DNA of 17,585 nt from a virus. Position numbers and translations under genes: made by a program. The notes beneath the pieces were generated by a model. That model did not search any database, had not been told where the DNA came from, and worked only from the letters and a program-made list of their open reading frames with translations. The stretch lies in UHGV virus genome UHGV-0376136; one strand, 5' to 3'. Shown piece by piece: positions 7,803 through 17,585 of the stretch. The first letter of the stretch is position 1. Every line of letters starts with the position of its first letter.

Positions 7803-9265
7803 TCCACCGTAAATTGAATGCCTGATTTTGAGGTATATGATCCGGATTGACTCTGCTGCTGTTGGGTATTTGTCGGTTGTTGGCTATTGCTCTGTTGTTG
7901 ACTATTTGCAGCACTTGAAACCACCAAAGCATCATAAACGCGACCAGACTGACCACGTAATGAGTTATATTGGCCCTGCATTTTTCGCATCTTTGTTTCA
8001 GTAGCAGCCTTGGAATCACCGGGCTGAGGCAGGTACATTTTGGAATACTCCTGCATCTCTGGCAGAGTAATTGCTGCACCTGTTTCTGGGCGCAAAATTG
8101 CATACAAGGCGTCTCTCGCATTTACCATATATTGCTGCTCCGCTGGTGATAGGCTTAAATTTGCAATAGTCCCATCACCAAGAGAGCGATTTATTAATGC
8201 AACTCGCTTAGGGTCAATGCTTTTACTAAGCTGATTCATTGAGTCCATTGAATCTTTTAATCGCAAAGCAAATCCTGCCGCCTTCTTGGAACCCTCATTA
8301 GCCTTATCTATGATGCTTTGCGCTTGTGGCAAGCTAATTGGTTTAATGCCATCACCAGATATAGGTTGGTTTAGTTTTCCGGCTTCCTCGCTGCCATCGG
8401 TGTAATACTTAGTTACCGAGCCATCAGGATTGGTTTCAACCTTAAGTAATTTCTTAGCATTGGGATTAATTCCCGCCGCTGCCGCAAATGCTGCTGCACC
8501 ATCTGGATCCGCCTTTAACATTTGCGCGTACTGATTGTAATTCTGCATTGCGGCTGTTGGTGCATATGCTGACGTTAACGCATTTGCTCGGCTAATATCC
8601 TGCCCTCTCGCCTGAAGTGCTTCGCTGGCCTGATTGCTGCGGATTGTCTCTGCAAGTTTTCCGCGATCAATCTCACGACCAGCCATCTTATCCTGAACAT
8701 TGAAGTAATCAATCGGACCAAGCGCGGCCATTCCAAGGTGATCAACAAACTCACCAAATCCTGAAGGATTCTGCTTATACATCTGAGCAACGCTGTTAGG
8801 GTCAACACCGACGCGAGTCAGTTCCTTGGCGTTGTTTTGCAGCCATGATTGCATTGCTTCTGGAGACGATGACGCAAGGCGTGCGCCAGCCGCTAAGGTG
8901 CCGATAGAATTACGCTGATCTTCATCAATGAATCCCATGCCTTTACGAACGGATTCAATCTGGTCTGGATATTGAGTAGCCAACTGACGCAAAGCACCGC
9001 GATCACCAGACGCATAAGCATTAGCGTATGCCTGCTGAAATTCTTTCTGCCGCTGATCCTGCTTTGCCTGCTGAAACACCCCCGCAATGCCTGAAAGGCC
9101 TTGCAAAGCAGTCAGCCCAACATTGTTAGCGCCTGAACGCTCAATATCATTGTTCTGCCTGATAAGCTGAAGCGTATTGCCGATGTCATTTACGCTCGGA
9201 GCGTTTGAGTTGACGCCGCCGATACCAGCCAACAATCCGCCATTTGATCCTTGCCAAGTAGCCAT
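7799..9265 (-). CDS. 20: Ejection (E) protein, P22 gp20 analogue, 488 aa
   Basis: Synteny and size (P22 gp20 is about 470 aa as I recall); Gln/Ala-rich; ORF from the track. Confidence 0.8.
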   Translation of the reverse strand: MATWQGSNGGLLAGIGGVNSNAPSVNDIGNTLQLIRQNNDIERSGANNVGLTALQGLSGIAGVFQQAKQDQRQKEFQQAYANAYASGDRGALRQLATQYPDQIESVRKGMGFIDEDQRNSIGTLAAGARLASSSPEAMQSWLQNNAKELTRVGVDPNSVAQMYKQNPSGFGEFVDHLGMAALGPIDYFNVQDKMAGREIDRGKLAETIRSNQASEALQARGQDISRANALTSAYAPTAAMQNYNQYAQMLKADPDGAAAFAAAAGINPNAKKLLKVETNPDGSVTKYYTDGSEEAGKLNQPISGDGIKPISLPQAQSIIDKANEGSKKAAGFALRLKDSMDSMNQLSKSIDPKRVALINRSLGDGTIANLSLSPAEQQYMVNARDALYAILRPETGAAITLPEMQEYSKMYLPQPGDSKAATETKMRKMQGQYNSLRGQSGRVYDALVVSSAANSQQQSNSQQPTNTQQQQSQSGSYTSKSGIQFTVE

Positions 9266-9274
9266 GATTACCCC

Positions 9275-9979
9275 TTAAAACAACGATCCAAGCAGGCCAA
9301 GTCCGCCGCCAATTGCCGCACCTAATCCAGTGCCAAGTCCGGGAACAATAGAGCCAATCGCAGCGCCAGTCATAGCCCCTGAAGCTCCGCCGCTAATTGC
9401 TGTCTGAAGACCTGATGGTTTATTGGCATTAGCAGCGGCAAGAGCCGCACTTTGCTGCGAAATCTGACTCATGTTGTTGGCATATGTCTGCCCGGCGTTT
9501 GCCTGACCTTGCAGTGCGCCAAGACCAATATTTGCCAGATTCTGGTAGTTGTTCATCTGACCAGACAGCCACTGCTGACCAAGCGTTGGTGCGATTGTTG
9601 CTAACTGATTACCGGTTGCAGTGGAACCCAATCCACCTGTTGCTTCCGCTGCAGCCAGACTCTGATAGCGAGCCTGACCAGCAAGATCTTTGTACTGCTG
9701 AGAGTTGTAATACTGGTTAAGTGCCTGACCTTGCCCCTGAAGAGAGGAAAGATTCTGCAATTGTGATACGTACTGCTGAGCGAGTGGCGTGAACGGAGCA
9801 AGGTTTTTCATGATCGTCTGCCACTGCTTATTCTGCAGGTCTGCGGCATACTTCTGAGCTTCTGCGGCATACTTTGCGCTTTTATCAGAGCTGCCACTTT
9901 TCCCGCCTTTCCCGCCTTTTTCAGGGCACCAAGGTTCCTCGACGAGCAGTTTTCTGCCCAGCTTAAATGCATATAACAT
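9275..9979 (-). CDS. 7: Ejection (E) protein, P22 gp7 analogue, 234 aa
   Basis: Synteny and size (P22 gp7 is about 229 aa as I recall); Gly-rich C-terminus GLGTGLGAAIGGGLGLLGSLF. Confidence 0.8.
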   Translation of the reverse strand: MLYAFKLGRKLLVEEPWCPEKGGKGGKSGSSDKSAKYAAEAQKYAADLQNKQWQTIMKNLAPFTPLAQQYVSQLQNLSSLQGQGQALNQYYNSQQYKDLAGQARYQSLAAAEATGGLGSTATGNQLATIAPTLGQQWLSGQMNNYQNLANIGLGALQGQANAGQTYANNMSQISQQSAALAAANANKPSGLQTAISGGASGAMTGAAIGSIVPGLGTGLGAAIGGGLGLLGSLF

Positions 9980-9981
9980 GG

Positions 9982-10437
9982 CTATCTCCCGTGATTCAGG
10001 AAGTCGATTAGTTCTTCGCGTGTGGCGCTGTAAAAAGTCACGTCATCCACGCCTTTAAAGTATTTCTTGATGGTTCCGACACGCTTAAGGCCAATCATTG
10101 CGCAATAAATCTGCCCGTGGCGGAATTTGCGTGCGGCGAACGATGTGACGCACTGAACGGTGGTGTTAGTCAGAATGTATCGCCAGAACGCCAGCCCGAT
10201 TTCCTTGCTGAATCCACGAACCTCTGGCAGGTACATGGCGTGGCAATCGAATGTCTGCGGCTGAATCTCCTGATAGTAAACAATGCCGCCAAACTGCCCG
10301 TGCACGTTCACCTCAAAGTAACGGCATTCAGGTTTGTAGTCGTATCCATCGCCGTTGTTGCTACCGGCGATAATGTCAGGGTGATTTCCGACTGCTTCTA
10401 TCAGGTCGATGTTTCGCGTTGGTTTGAATGTAATCAT
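9982..10437 (-). CDS. 14: Head-assembly / DNA-stabilisation protein, P22 gp14 analogue, 151 aa
   Basis: Located between tail needle and gp7 analogue as in P22; start coupled to the gp26 stop. Confidence 0.7.
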   Translation of the reverse strand: MITFKPTRNIDLIEAVGNHPDIIAGSNNGDGYDYKPECRYFEVNVHGQFGGIVYYQEIQPQTFDCHAMYLPEVRGFSKEIGLAFWRYILTNTTVQCVTSFAARKFRHGQIYCAMIGLKRVGTIKKYFKGVDDVTFYSATREELIDFLNHGR

Positions 10438-11138
10438 CAGTCAATCAGCCCATGTAATCTAAGTGCCGTTTCAAGCGCCAGAATACGCTGCCGCGCCTGC
10501 TGCAAACCTGTAGCGAGGGATGCAACTTCGGATTGTGTGTACGTAGTGCCGACAGTGTATGACTGGTTTGCGTTGAATGAGCCAAGAAGTGGCGTACCTG
10601 TGGCTGCAGTCCATCCAGTCTGCCTTGCTCCAACTACCTGAATTCCATCAACTGAATATGATGTTTTTACATCCAGCGGTGACGCAAGAGACTGAGATTC
10701 GGTTACGGTTTTCGATACGTAATCACTCTTAATGTCAGATACATCGCTTTCTATGCCATCCAGTCTTTGGTCAACAGTGACCAGATGCGCCTGAATAGCG
10801 ATAACCTCATCCAGCAAGTAATCAACATCGCTACGCAGTACGACTATCTTCCCTTCGGCGGTTGTTAACCTGACCTCAAGGAGATTTATCGCTTTTGTGT
10901 TTGCGGTGATTCTTGAATCGTGATCTGCCAGTTCGGCGTCCTGTTCATCGTTTTTCACCTGAGCATCGTAAGCGCCCTGACCAGCCTGATTTGCCTTCCC
11001 GGCAATTGCGCCGACATCAGCCCCCTGATTAATGACATACAGCAGGTAAGACTGGCTGAATATATTGCGTGGCAAAATTGAAGCATCAAGGCGCGTAGCC
11101 TGAACCGCGACAGGATTATTCAGTGATGAATCAACCAT
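10437..11138 (-). CDS. 26: Tail needle protein (P22 gp26 family), 233 aa
   Basis: N-terminus [67 protein letters not shown] closely matches P22 gp26 as I recall it; same length; C-terminus ...[19 protein letters not shown]. Confidence 0.9.
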   Translation of the reverse strand: MVDSSLNNPVAVQATRLDASILPRNIFSQSYLLYVINQGADVGAIAGKANQAGQGAYDAQVKNDEQDAELADHDSRITANTKAINLLEVRLTTAEGKIVVLRSDVDYLLDEVIAIQAHLVTVDQRLDGIESDVSDIKSDYVSKTVTESQSLASPLDVKTSYSVDGIQVVGARQTGWTAATGTPLLGSFNANQSYTVGTTYTQSEVASLATGLQQARQRILALETALRLHGLID

Positions 11139-12556
11139 TACTCAATCCTTATCTGGCAGCCTGACAGAGTGACAGGTGACTTAGTGATAACGCGCAATTT
11201 GAAGCCGACATTTTTCCTGATGCGCCCGACACGCTTCCACAAAACGCGTTTGTCGTAAACGAACGGTTCATTCTGCTCAATCATCTGCTCACGCCCGTAA
11301 TTGATGCCGTCAGTGGTTGCAGAGAGAAAAAGGCGGTCGGCGTACTGAGCTACGCCAGTGGATGATTCCACCTCCAGATCGAAGCATCTGGCGTTATCCG
11401 CTTTGAACAGTGGAGTAAACAGCAGGTGTTCCTGTTGCTTGTCGTACTGGCTGCTGATATCGAACTGCAATTTCCCGGTCACGGATTCCAGCTTATCGCC
11501 GCACGTTATCTGATTGCCTTCGTAAATGAAGTCGATAGCGCGGTACACATCGTCATACAGGCCTGTTTTCAGTACACACCATTGCGGACCATTAGCGCTT
11601 GAAGATGCGTCGTAAACAAGAACATGGCGCGGCAGGTGAATAATCAGCAACTCATGAGCATCAAACCGCAACGATTCCATCACGCCATCAGCCAGTTCAT
11701 CAGCAGTGTAGGAGCGTAGTATTTTCTCAATGCTCGCGCTGGCGATTGGTGATACCTGACCGGAGCCGATGATGTATACAGACGGCGCACCTGTTGCCGG
11801 ATTGCTGATGAACGCATAGGAATCAGCAAACGGCGTTTTGCAGTAAGTCCCGGCAATGCCTTTCTGCACCATCAGCGATGGTTGTGCAACATACAAAGCG
11901 GCACCAACGGTGGTTGCGCCAGTCAGGGAGAAATATTCAATCGTCGATGAACCAAAGCAGACGATGAAGTCTCGCCATGTGCCGATACCGATGATGCCGT
12001 CCGGCTGAGACTCGGCACGATATTGTGCGCTGTAGCGGTCAGGGTGCGATTCGTCTTCAAGGTCAGTGATAAACCATGAATCAGTACCGTCTTTTGACCA
12101 CGCATAACGCCCACGTAAACGCGTAATGTCACGGACCGAACCTAACTCATACTGCGTGAATCCGCTGTCCGTAGGCCAGTTTGAGACGGTTTTAACCGTG
12201 CCATCATAGCGGTATTCGACCAGTTGACCATTAACGCCTACCGCCTGTGATGTCCGACCATGTGCCATTGATACGCGACCACTTCCGGCAACATCACCGA
12301 CCTCGCTTTCTCCTTTGTACAGCTTGCCACCACATACGCGATAAACAGCATTCTGCGCCATGTTGTACTCGACGCCGCGAGATGCACCGTTCACATCAGA
12401 GCGTTTGGCAATGCCAGGGAATGAGCGAAGATATCCGCTGCTGTTGAGGATTTCTTTGGGTGTAGCCAACATATTCACTGGCAGATAGTCGATATAGTCG
12501 GCGTTTCGAAAGTCTTTGCCGACACCTTTCATAAGCGGAAGTTGCTGAATCGGCAT
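11138..12556 (-). CDS. 10: Tail accessory / head-completion protein (P22 gp10 family), 472 aa
   Basis: Same length and position as P22 gp10; translationally coupled at both ends. Confidence 0.85.
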   Translation of the reverse strand: MPIQQLPLMKGVGKDFRNADYIDYLPVNMLATPKEILNSSGYLRSFPGIAKRSDVNGASRGVEYNMAQNAVYRVCGGKLYKGESEVGDVAGSGRVSMAHGRTSQAVGVNGQLVEYRYDGTVKTVSNWPTDSGFTQYELGSVRDITRLRGRYAWSKDGTDSWFITDLEDESHPDRYSAQYRAESQPDGIIGIGTWRDFIVCFGSSTIEYFSLTGATTVGAALYVAQPSLMVQKGIAGTYCKTPFADSYAFISNPATGAPSVYIIGSGQVSPIASASIEKILRSYTADELADGVMESLRFDAHELLIIHLPRHVLVYDASSSANGPQWCVLKTGLYDDVYRAIDFIYEGNQITCGDKLESVTGKLQFDISSQYDKQQEHLLFTPLFKADNARCFDLEVESSTGVAQYADRLFLSATTDGINYGREQMIEQNEPFVYDKRVLWKRVGRIRKNVGFKLRVITKSPVTLSGCQIRIE

Positions 12557-13056
12557 TATTCGCTCCCGTTATCGCAAGGTTCCTTTCGGTGGAAGTAATT
12601 CCAACCATTCCACTTCGCCAACTGGTTACCGCTACCAACAGGCATACGGTTTGGATAACCGGACTTACATTTAGCGGCTTTTGCTCTGTCCATTGCAGAC
12701 AGTTTGACGAGTCGCTCTTTCCCGTATCTGGCAGTGGTTATAAGTTTTGCAGACGCTTCCAGCGCATAATCCGGAGCAATGCGGCAGGCAAGGTTGAAAA
12801 TGACGGCATTTATAGCGTTATTTGATAAGCCGTGCTCATCGCCCGGATCCGGAGCAACATCTGCATCAGCAAAAATGTAGCCAACGTTGATACCAGGTGA
12901 CGCATCACCGCCAAGCCATTCAGCCATCATCATTTCAAGGTCGTTGACGCCGTCTTCCATAGACTGCGGTTCGACATCGGTTAACGTGGCATTTGATGCC
13001 ACACCGAGCTTACGTAATGCCGCAAGGACTAAATCACCCTTCGTTGTCAGGTTCAT
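12556..13056 (-). CDS. 4: Tail accessory protein (P22 gp4 family), 166 aa
   Basis: Track ORF 12556..13125 trimmed to ATG at 13056 ([33 protein letters not shown]...), colinear with P22 gp4 [33 protein letters not shown]... (166 aa) as I recall it. Confidence 0.85.
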   Translation of the reverse strand: MNLTTKGDLVLAALRKLGVASNATLTDVEPQSMEDGVNDLEMMMAEWLGGDASPGINVGYIFADADVAPDPGDEHGLSNNAINAVIFNLACRIAPDYALEASAKLITTARYGKERLVKLSAMDRAKAAKCKSGYPNRMPVGSGNQLAKWNGWNYFHRKEPCDNGSE

Positions 13057-13264
13057 CTGCTGCCGCCTTAGGTTTTCGACCAGGCTTTTTACGCTGTTTT
13101 TCTTCTGGCTCTGGCTCTGCAACATCCTTCAAAAGGTCATCAGGATGTGAAAACCAACCAGCATCCAGATATTCCTGAAGCTCTTCGGCTTTCACGATTT
13201 CAAAGTCGTAGCCAACGCCTTTCCACTTCTTCATGTCGCCATGACGAAAGATCATGTGTGTCAT
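13034..13264 (-). CDS. Small ORF (76 aa) between coat and gp4, with acidic middle and basic KKPGRKPK C-terminal tail; function unknown
   Basis: ATG at 13264 preceded by TATCTGGAG RBS immediately after the coat terminator; track ORF 13034..13312 would overlap the coat gene, so the internal start is preferred; 3' end overlaps the gp4 start by 23 nt. Product [76 protein letters not shown]. Confidence 0.45.
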   Translation of the reverse strand: MTHMIFRHGDMKKWKGVGYDFEIVKAEELQEYLDAGWFSHPDDLLKDVAEPEPEEKQRKKPGRKPKAAADEPDNEG

Positions 13265-13278
13265 GCTTGTCTCCAGAT

Positions 13279-13300
13279 AAAAAAGGGAGCCGAAGCTCCC
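13279..13300 (-). terminator. Rho-independent terminator / attenuator after the coat gene
   Basis: gggagc-cgaa-gctccc (13285..13300) perfect 6-bp stem with tetraloop, plus A6 at 13279..13284 giving a U-run on the minus-strand transcript; 8 nt after the coat stop. Confidence 0.65.
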
Positions 13301-13308
13301 TCTGGTTA

Positions 13309-14604
13309 TCACTCAGTCTGGTTAGGCAGACCAACACCAATTGCCTCTGGTCGTACAGCACATGCTGAATACCACACAGCAATACGGCACTTACCAGACA
13401 GAGTGTTGATATCGCCCTGCGTTGCGAAGATGCCGTTAACACCAATACCAGGAATGCTGAAGGAAGACGTTTTCATGCCAGCAAACAGTTCATGGGTTAC
13501 CGGGATCGGCTGAGACAGCAGGCGGATTGAGTCATCAGCCCAGAACACGTTAGCGGTGGTTGTTGCCACGTTCAGAACATTTACCGGAGTGGTATCAGCA
13601 AGAGAGGTGTTTACGTTAGCGTAAGCCTTCTCTTCTTTTGTCAGTGACGCGTCATCCAGTGCAATCGGTTTCGGCGTGATTTCGAGGTGAGTACCATCGA
13701 TCACACGGGTGATTGAGAAAGTAGCATCATCAGTCAGCACGTTCTTCGCCATCTGAGACAGGAATTTCACACCAGTGAAGCTGATTTTATCGCCGCGCTT
13801 AAATCCGGTGGTGGAGGATACGGTTACCGTTGCAACACGGTTGTCGACGTTCTCTTTGTTACCATCGGTATCAAGGGTGTATGCCTGCGGCTTAAACTTC
13901 TGCGCACCAGAAACAGTTACACCAGTAGCGGTTGACTTGGTAACTGCCGGAAGTTTCGGTGAGCGAAGAATTTCATCAAACCCAGCAATCTGACGCTGAA
14001 TAGTACCGTTGCGATACGCTTCTTCAGGAACGCGACCGAAGATGTCACCATCTACCAGGTTGCGGCCTGCTTTGCGGTAATCGTCAGGGTTCAGGAAGTA
14101 ACTGATGCCCATATCGCGGTTTAGCTCACGGGAGAACATCAGGCGCTCTGCATCAGACACAAAATCCCAGCCAGACAGGCCAGTAGATGGACCAATTGCG
14201 CGGGTATCGTGAACAACAAGCGAGCCCATTTCAGTTGCCTGTTTGGCAATCGCTGACTCAATGTTATTCGCCAGTTTTTTGGCGGATGCCTGGATGCGGC
14301 GACGGTAAGAACGCTCATCACGCAGGTCATCTGCACGAAGCTCGAAGAAATCGTTATCCGGATCGCCCATGTTGCATTTCACGGACAGTTCCAGAATACC
14401 GGTAGCGTTGCCAGTTAAATCCCAGCCAGTCTGAGTTGGCGCTTCCTGCTCAACAGGCATCCACACGGTGTTGCTTGAACGTTGCATGGATTCTGCCGGA
14501 GGGGTGTATTTTGTCACTTTGGACGCCATTGGCGTCAGGTTCTGGACGTTTTCGATGATTTCATCCAGAGCATACGTGACCAGTTGACCTTCATTTAATG
14601 CCAT
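13309..14604 (-). CDS. 5: Major coat protein (P22 gp5 family), 431 aa
   Basis: [54 protein letters not shown]... closely matches P22 coat as I recall it; TAATG coupling to scaffold. Confidence 0.95.
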   Translation of the reverse strand: MALNEGQLVTYALDEIIENVQNLTPMASKVTKYTPPAESMQRSSNTVWMPVEQEAPTQTGWDLTGNATGILELSVKCNMGDPDNDFFELRADDLRDERSYRRRIQASAKKLANNIESAIAKQATEMGSLVVHDTRAIGPSTGLSGWDFVSDAERLMFSRELNRDMGISYFLNPDDYRKAGRNLVDGDIFGRVPEEAYRNGTIQRQIAGFDEILRSPKLPAVTKSTATGVTVSGAQKFKPQAYTLDTDGNKENVDNRVATVTVSSTTGFKRGDKISFTGVKFLSQMAKNVLTDDATFSITRVIDGTHLEITPKPIALDDASLTKEEKAYANVNTSLADTTPVNVLNVATTTANVFWADDSIRLLSQPIPVTHELFAGMKTSSFSIPGIGVNGIFATQGDINTLSGKCRIAVWYSACAVRPEAIGVGLPNQTE

Positions 14605-15515
14605 TATCGAATTCCTTTATTCAGTTGCGCCTTGAGCTTGCGGTACGTCTCTACATCCCCTTTGTTTGCTGCCGCTTCCATCTGCTTTTCAATCGCAGAG
14701 ATATTTGCAGCAACAGCGTGTCCCTGAATGGGTTCATCAGGTAACGGGGCTTCTGAAACAGGCTTTACTCGAGGCTTGAGAGTTAAACGTTCTGACAGTC
14801 GAGTGAGTTCAATCAGCGCGGATTGCCCGTCCATCGCCAGCAACTGGCGTGTTTTCTCAGGATTAGCACCAAGGTGATACATGAGAGCGGCGGATTTCTC
14901 CGGGAAGAGGCGCATGATGTCGGCACCGACTGCTGGGGGCACCAGTTGCATGAATGCATCCTCTTTCTCCTGATAGTCAGGGATATTGAGCTTTTCCGCT
15001 GCATCGTAGTGCTTACGGGCGGCCTCGACGTATTGCGCTGATTGCTGGGTGAACTCCTGAGTTTTGCGGCCCTGCTCGGCGACAGCCTGGCTTCGTGCGT
15101 CCATAGCCTTGATCTGCCATTCACTGTTTGCCTGCTGGAAGGCAGCCAGTGCGCGGCTCTGGTCATAGTCGTACTTAGCCAGTGCATCTTCGGAAAGATA
15201 ATCGTTAGGGTCTGGTTGTTTTGGTAACTCAGGGTTCACCCGCAGGTGCTCCGGCAACTCTCCACGCTTAACCGCTTCCATCTGCTGCTCAAGCTCACGC
15301 TGGCGTTTGCGTTCGATGCGGCGACGGGCAAATTCAGCATTAGTTGCCGGGTCTTGTTTTGGTTTCTTATCGTCTTTCAGGGCAATCTCGAAGCCTTCTT
15401 CCTGACCTGCGCTGTCGTTGGCATTATCGACAACTAAGCCATCAGCAGATGCCGCTGCATGATTGCCGGGCAGGGTTAATTCTTCAGAAGCCTGAATGTC
15501 GGTGGTTTGGTCCAT
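14604..15515 (-). CDS. 8: Scaffolding protein (P22 gp8 family), 303 aa
   Basis: [49 protein letters not shown]...[28 protein letters not shown]... matches P22 gp8 as I recall it; identical length. Confidence 0.95.
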   Translation of the reverse strand: MDQTTDIQASEELTLPGNHAAASADGLVVDNANDSAGQEEGFEIALKDDKKPKQDPATNAEFARRRIERKRQRELEQQMEAVKRGELPEHLRVNPELPKQPDPNDYLSEDALAKYDYDQSRALAAFQQANSEWQIKAMDARSQAVAEQGRKTQEFTQQSAQYVEAARKHYDAAEKLNIPDYQEKEDAFMQLVPPAVGADIMRLFPEKSAALMYHLGANPEKTRQLLAMDGQSALIELTRLSERLTLKPRVKPVSEAPLPDEPIQGHAVAANISAIEKQMEAAANKGDVETYRKLKAQLNKGIR

Positions 15516-15528
15516 GATTAACTCTCTC

Positions 15529-17585
15529 TTATTGAGGTGTCTCGGCTACTCCGCCGGAGGGGATTTGAACTTGACGCATAAGATTCGCGAAATCCATGCG
15601 TTGTGAATGAGTCTGGTCTGCATCTTTAAGAAGCAGCTCAGCGTTAGCACGAGCATCTTTGCTGCGCTGTTGCTGGAATTGACCTACGAGCTTGAGGTAC
15701 TCACGCAGTTCTGCCTGCTTGTCGAGGTCCATATTGTTGAAGATTTCTGCAATCTTCGCGGCGTTGAGTTGGTTTTGGGCTTCAACCTTGGCGGCTTCAA
15801 CCTGAATCTGCGCCTGTTGGTTCTCTGCCTTGAGCAATTCAGCCTGACCTTGCAGAAGGATACCCTGCGCCTGAATTTGCTCTGCTGATGGCTGCTGCGG
15901 CTGCTGTTGCGCCTGTTGTACCATCTCCATCTCTTCAGGTGTTTCTGGTTTCTTCAGCCCCATCATCACCAGTTGCTTGTTCGCGTACTCTCGCATCATC
16001 TCGACGCCTTTACCGTCAAGCAGCGTGAAGTATTGCAGCATCAGCATCTGGAACTCTGGAGTACCTTGCGGAACCTTGGTGAGTAACTCCTGAATCTCTG
16101 CGCGGTTCTGTTCCTTCATGCTCTGGAAGGATGGTCCAACGTCTGTATAGCACTCATAGCGACCGCGAATGTCGTTGAGTGTGACCACATTGCCGGACTG
16201 GTAATCGACAACTTGCGCATAGAGTTGAACGTCTTTCTCGCTTCCATCTTCAAGTGTCAGCGTTACATGACGAGGAACGTCATAAATATCGTTGACCATT
16301 GAGGCATAAATCTCGCCATCACGTCGCATTGCGGTAGCCAGGTTATCCTGAAACACGTATGTCTCAAGGTCTGCCCGCATGTTCAGTTGATTGACGGTAT
16401 CGAAAGCGACCTGACCATTTGCCGCCTGCGCATCCACGCCAAGACTAGCCACCTCTTTCACTGCGTTGGTGGCAGCCTCAAGCATGTAAGCGTTGGCTTG
16501 CGGCACTTCAGGGTTTTCCATGTAGGAGATTGGACCAATCGGCAGGTCGTTACCGTTTTCATCGGTCCTGTTCTGCAGATAGTACGGATAGTCATCATTT
16601 CCACCGTACATGTATTCGTAGCCTTCGATTTGCTCAGGGAAGAAGGTCGGTTTCTTCTTCGGTGAACGAGCAACAATATCGGCGTTGAACGACATGATCA
16701 TGTTACGAAGGCGTTGACCGTCTTTCGTCAGCCTTACCACTCCTTCGTAGCACTCCTTGTCACCAGCGAATGACCATTCACCATACACTGGAACGATTGG
16801 AATATGCTCTCCGGCTATCTTCTCGCGGTCTTTCAGTATCTGCGTACAGGTGATGATCGACTTATACACACGCCGACGCTTCACCTTGCGCTCTGCTACC
16901 TTAATGAATCCACGATTAGCCAGGTCATCGATGACGTCTTTGATATCCTGCTGGTAATAGCTTACCGGCTCACCTGTCAGCGGGTCGCGGTAGATGAAGA
17001 CTTTCTCTTTCTTCTCTTCTACCTCGTAATACTCAGCGACGTAGACGACATCATTCGATACCCAAGGAAACAGCCATGTGTCATTCGGATTCTGGAAAGA
17101 TGGCAAGGTGTCCGGATCAATACCGTAATCCTCTGCGAACTCTTTCCAGCCATTGCGCGACAAGGCGTTAATCACCGTGCAGTGCTTAGCGTCGCTCTTA
17201 TCCATCTGCTTGCTGTTGGCGTCCCATATAACGTGTGAGCAAGCTTCATGGATTGGCAGGCGTCGAATTACCTGATTGTTGCTTGTTGGATCGTTGTCTT
17301 CGTACTGCGTGACCAGGCGCCATGCACCAACGCCGGACTCTATCTGCTCACGAACGCCAACGTTAACGGCAATTTTTGCCGTGTTATGGCGCATATCAGT
17401 ACGATACATCCCCATCAACACATCGGCTGCATCAGGATTAGCACCGTCTTTTGGTCGGAAGAGAACGTCGATAGGGTTCCGGCGCATCTCTGCGACCAAC
17501 TTCCTGACCACCGGGCGGACAACATCGAATTGTCCGCGATATTGCAGGGTGGTGTAGTTTGATAGCCAGTCATCCCATTGCGACA
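15529..17585 (-). CDS. 1: Portal protein (P22 gp1 family), 5'-partial (N-terminus beyond window end)
   Basis: Track ORF begins at an internal Met ([66 protein letters not shown]...). The frame stays open to 17585 and encodes ...[25 protein letters not shown], matching P22 portal residues about 40-70 as I recall them. Confidence 0.95.
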   Translation of the reverse strand, partial: SQWDDWLSNYTTLQYRGQFDVVRPVVRKLVAEMRRNPIDVLFRPKDGANPDAADVLMGMYRTDMRHNTAKIAVNVGVREQIESGVGAWRLVTQYEDNDPTSNNQVIRRLPIHEACSHVIWDANSKQMDKSDAKHCTVINALSRNGWKEFAEDYGIDPDTLPSFQNPNDTWLFPWVSNDVVYVAEYYEVEEKKEKVFIYRDPLTGEPVSYYQQDIKDVIDDLANRGFIKVAERKVKRRRVYKSIITCTQILKDREKIAGEHIPIVPVYGEWSFAGDKECYEGVVRLTKDGQRLRNMIMSFNADIVARSPKKKPTFFPEQIEGYEYMYGGNDDYPYYLQNRTDENGNDLPIGPISYMENPEVPQANAYMLEAATNAVKEVASLGVDAQAANGQVAFDTVNQLNMRADLETYVFQDNLATAMRRDGEIYASMVNDIYDVPRHVTLTLEDGSEKDVQLYAQVVDYQSGNVVTLNDIRGRYECYTDVGPSFQSMKEQNRAEIQELLTKVPQGTPEFQMLMLQYFTLLDGKGVEMMREYANKQLVMMGLKKPETPEEMEMVQQAQQQPQQPSAEQIQAQGILLQGQAELLKAENQQAQIQVEAAKVEAQNQLNAAKIAEIFNNMDLDKQAELREYLKLVGQFQQQRSKDARANAELLLKDADQTHSQRMDFANLMRQVQIPSGGVAETPQ

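Noticed and set aside
12556-13125. 189-aa extended gp4
   Set aside because: The extension has no counterpart in P22 gp4 (166 aa); the internal ATG at 13056 gives exact colinearity.
5796-17585. Numerous plus-strand ORFs of 60-170 aa inside the late genes (e.g. 7192..7626, 10117..10641, 16804..17238)
   Set aside because: All lie antisense to well-supported, tightly coupled minus-strand structural genes and show skewed, low-complexity composition.
1-17585. CRISPR array, tRNA/rRNA, integrase, attachment site or transposase
   Set aside because: No regularly spaced direct repeats, no tRNA-like cloverleaf candidates and no recombinase-like ORF seen; the window covers only the virion module and immI.

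Overview
This window reads as the late (virion morphogenesis) operon of a P22-like podovirus/prophage, all on the minus strand, followed by an immI-type accessory region. Calls rest on by-eye translation, synteny and recalled similarity to P22 proteins; no database search was run. Right to left the minus strand encodes portal (5' end off-window), scaffold, coat, a small extra ORF, gp4, gp10, tail needle gp26, gp14, three ejection proteins (gp7/gp20/gp16 analogues), then ant, arc and a tailspike whose 3' end runs off the window. The tailspike ORF is missing from the ORF track because it has no in-window stop. Between gp16 and arc, where P22 carries sieA and mnt, sit three non-P22 genes: a truncated ClpP-like serine protease translationally coupled to the mnt-like repressor (TAATG overlap), a 322-aa basic-N-terminus protein driven by a consensus promoter buried in four copies of an ATGCTTGC operator motif, and a small single-pass membrane protein convergent on the gp16 gene. 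This three-gene island is the best candidate for an undescribed system, probably superinfection exclusion or defence; that function is inference.
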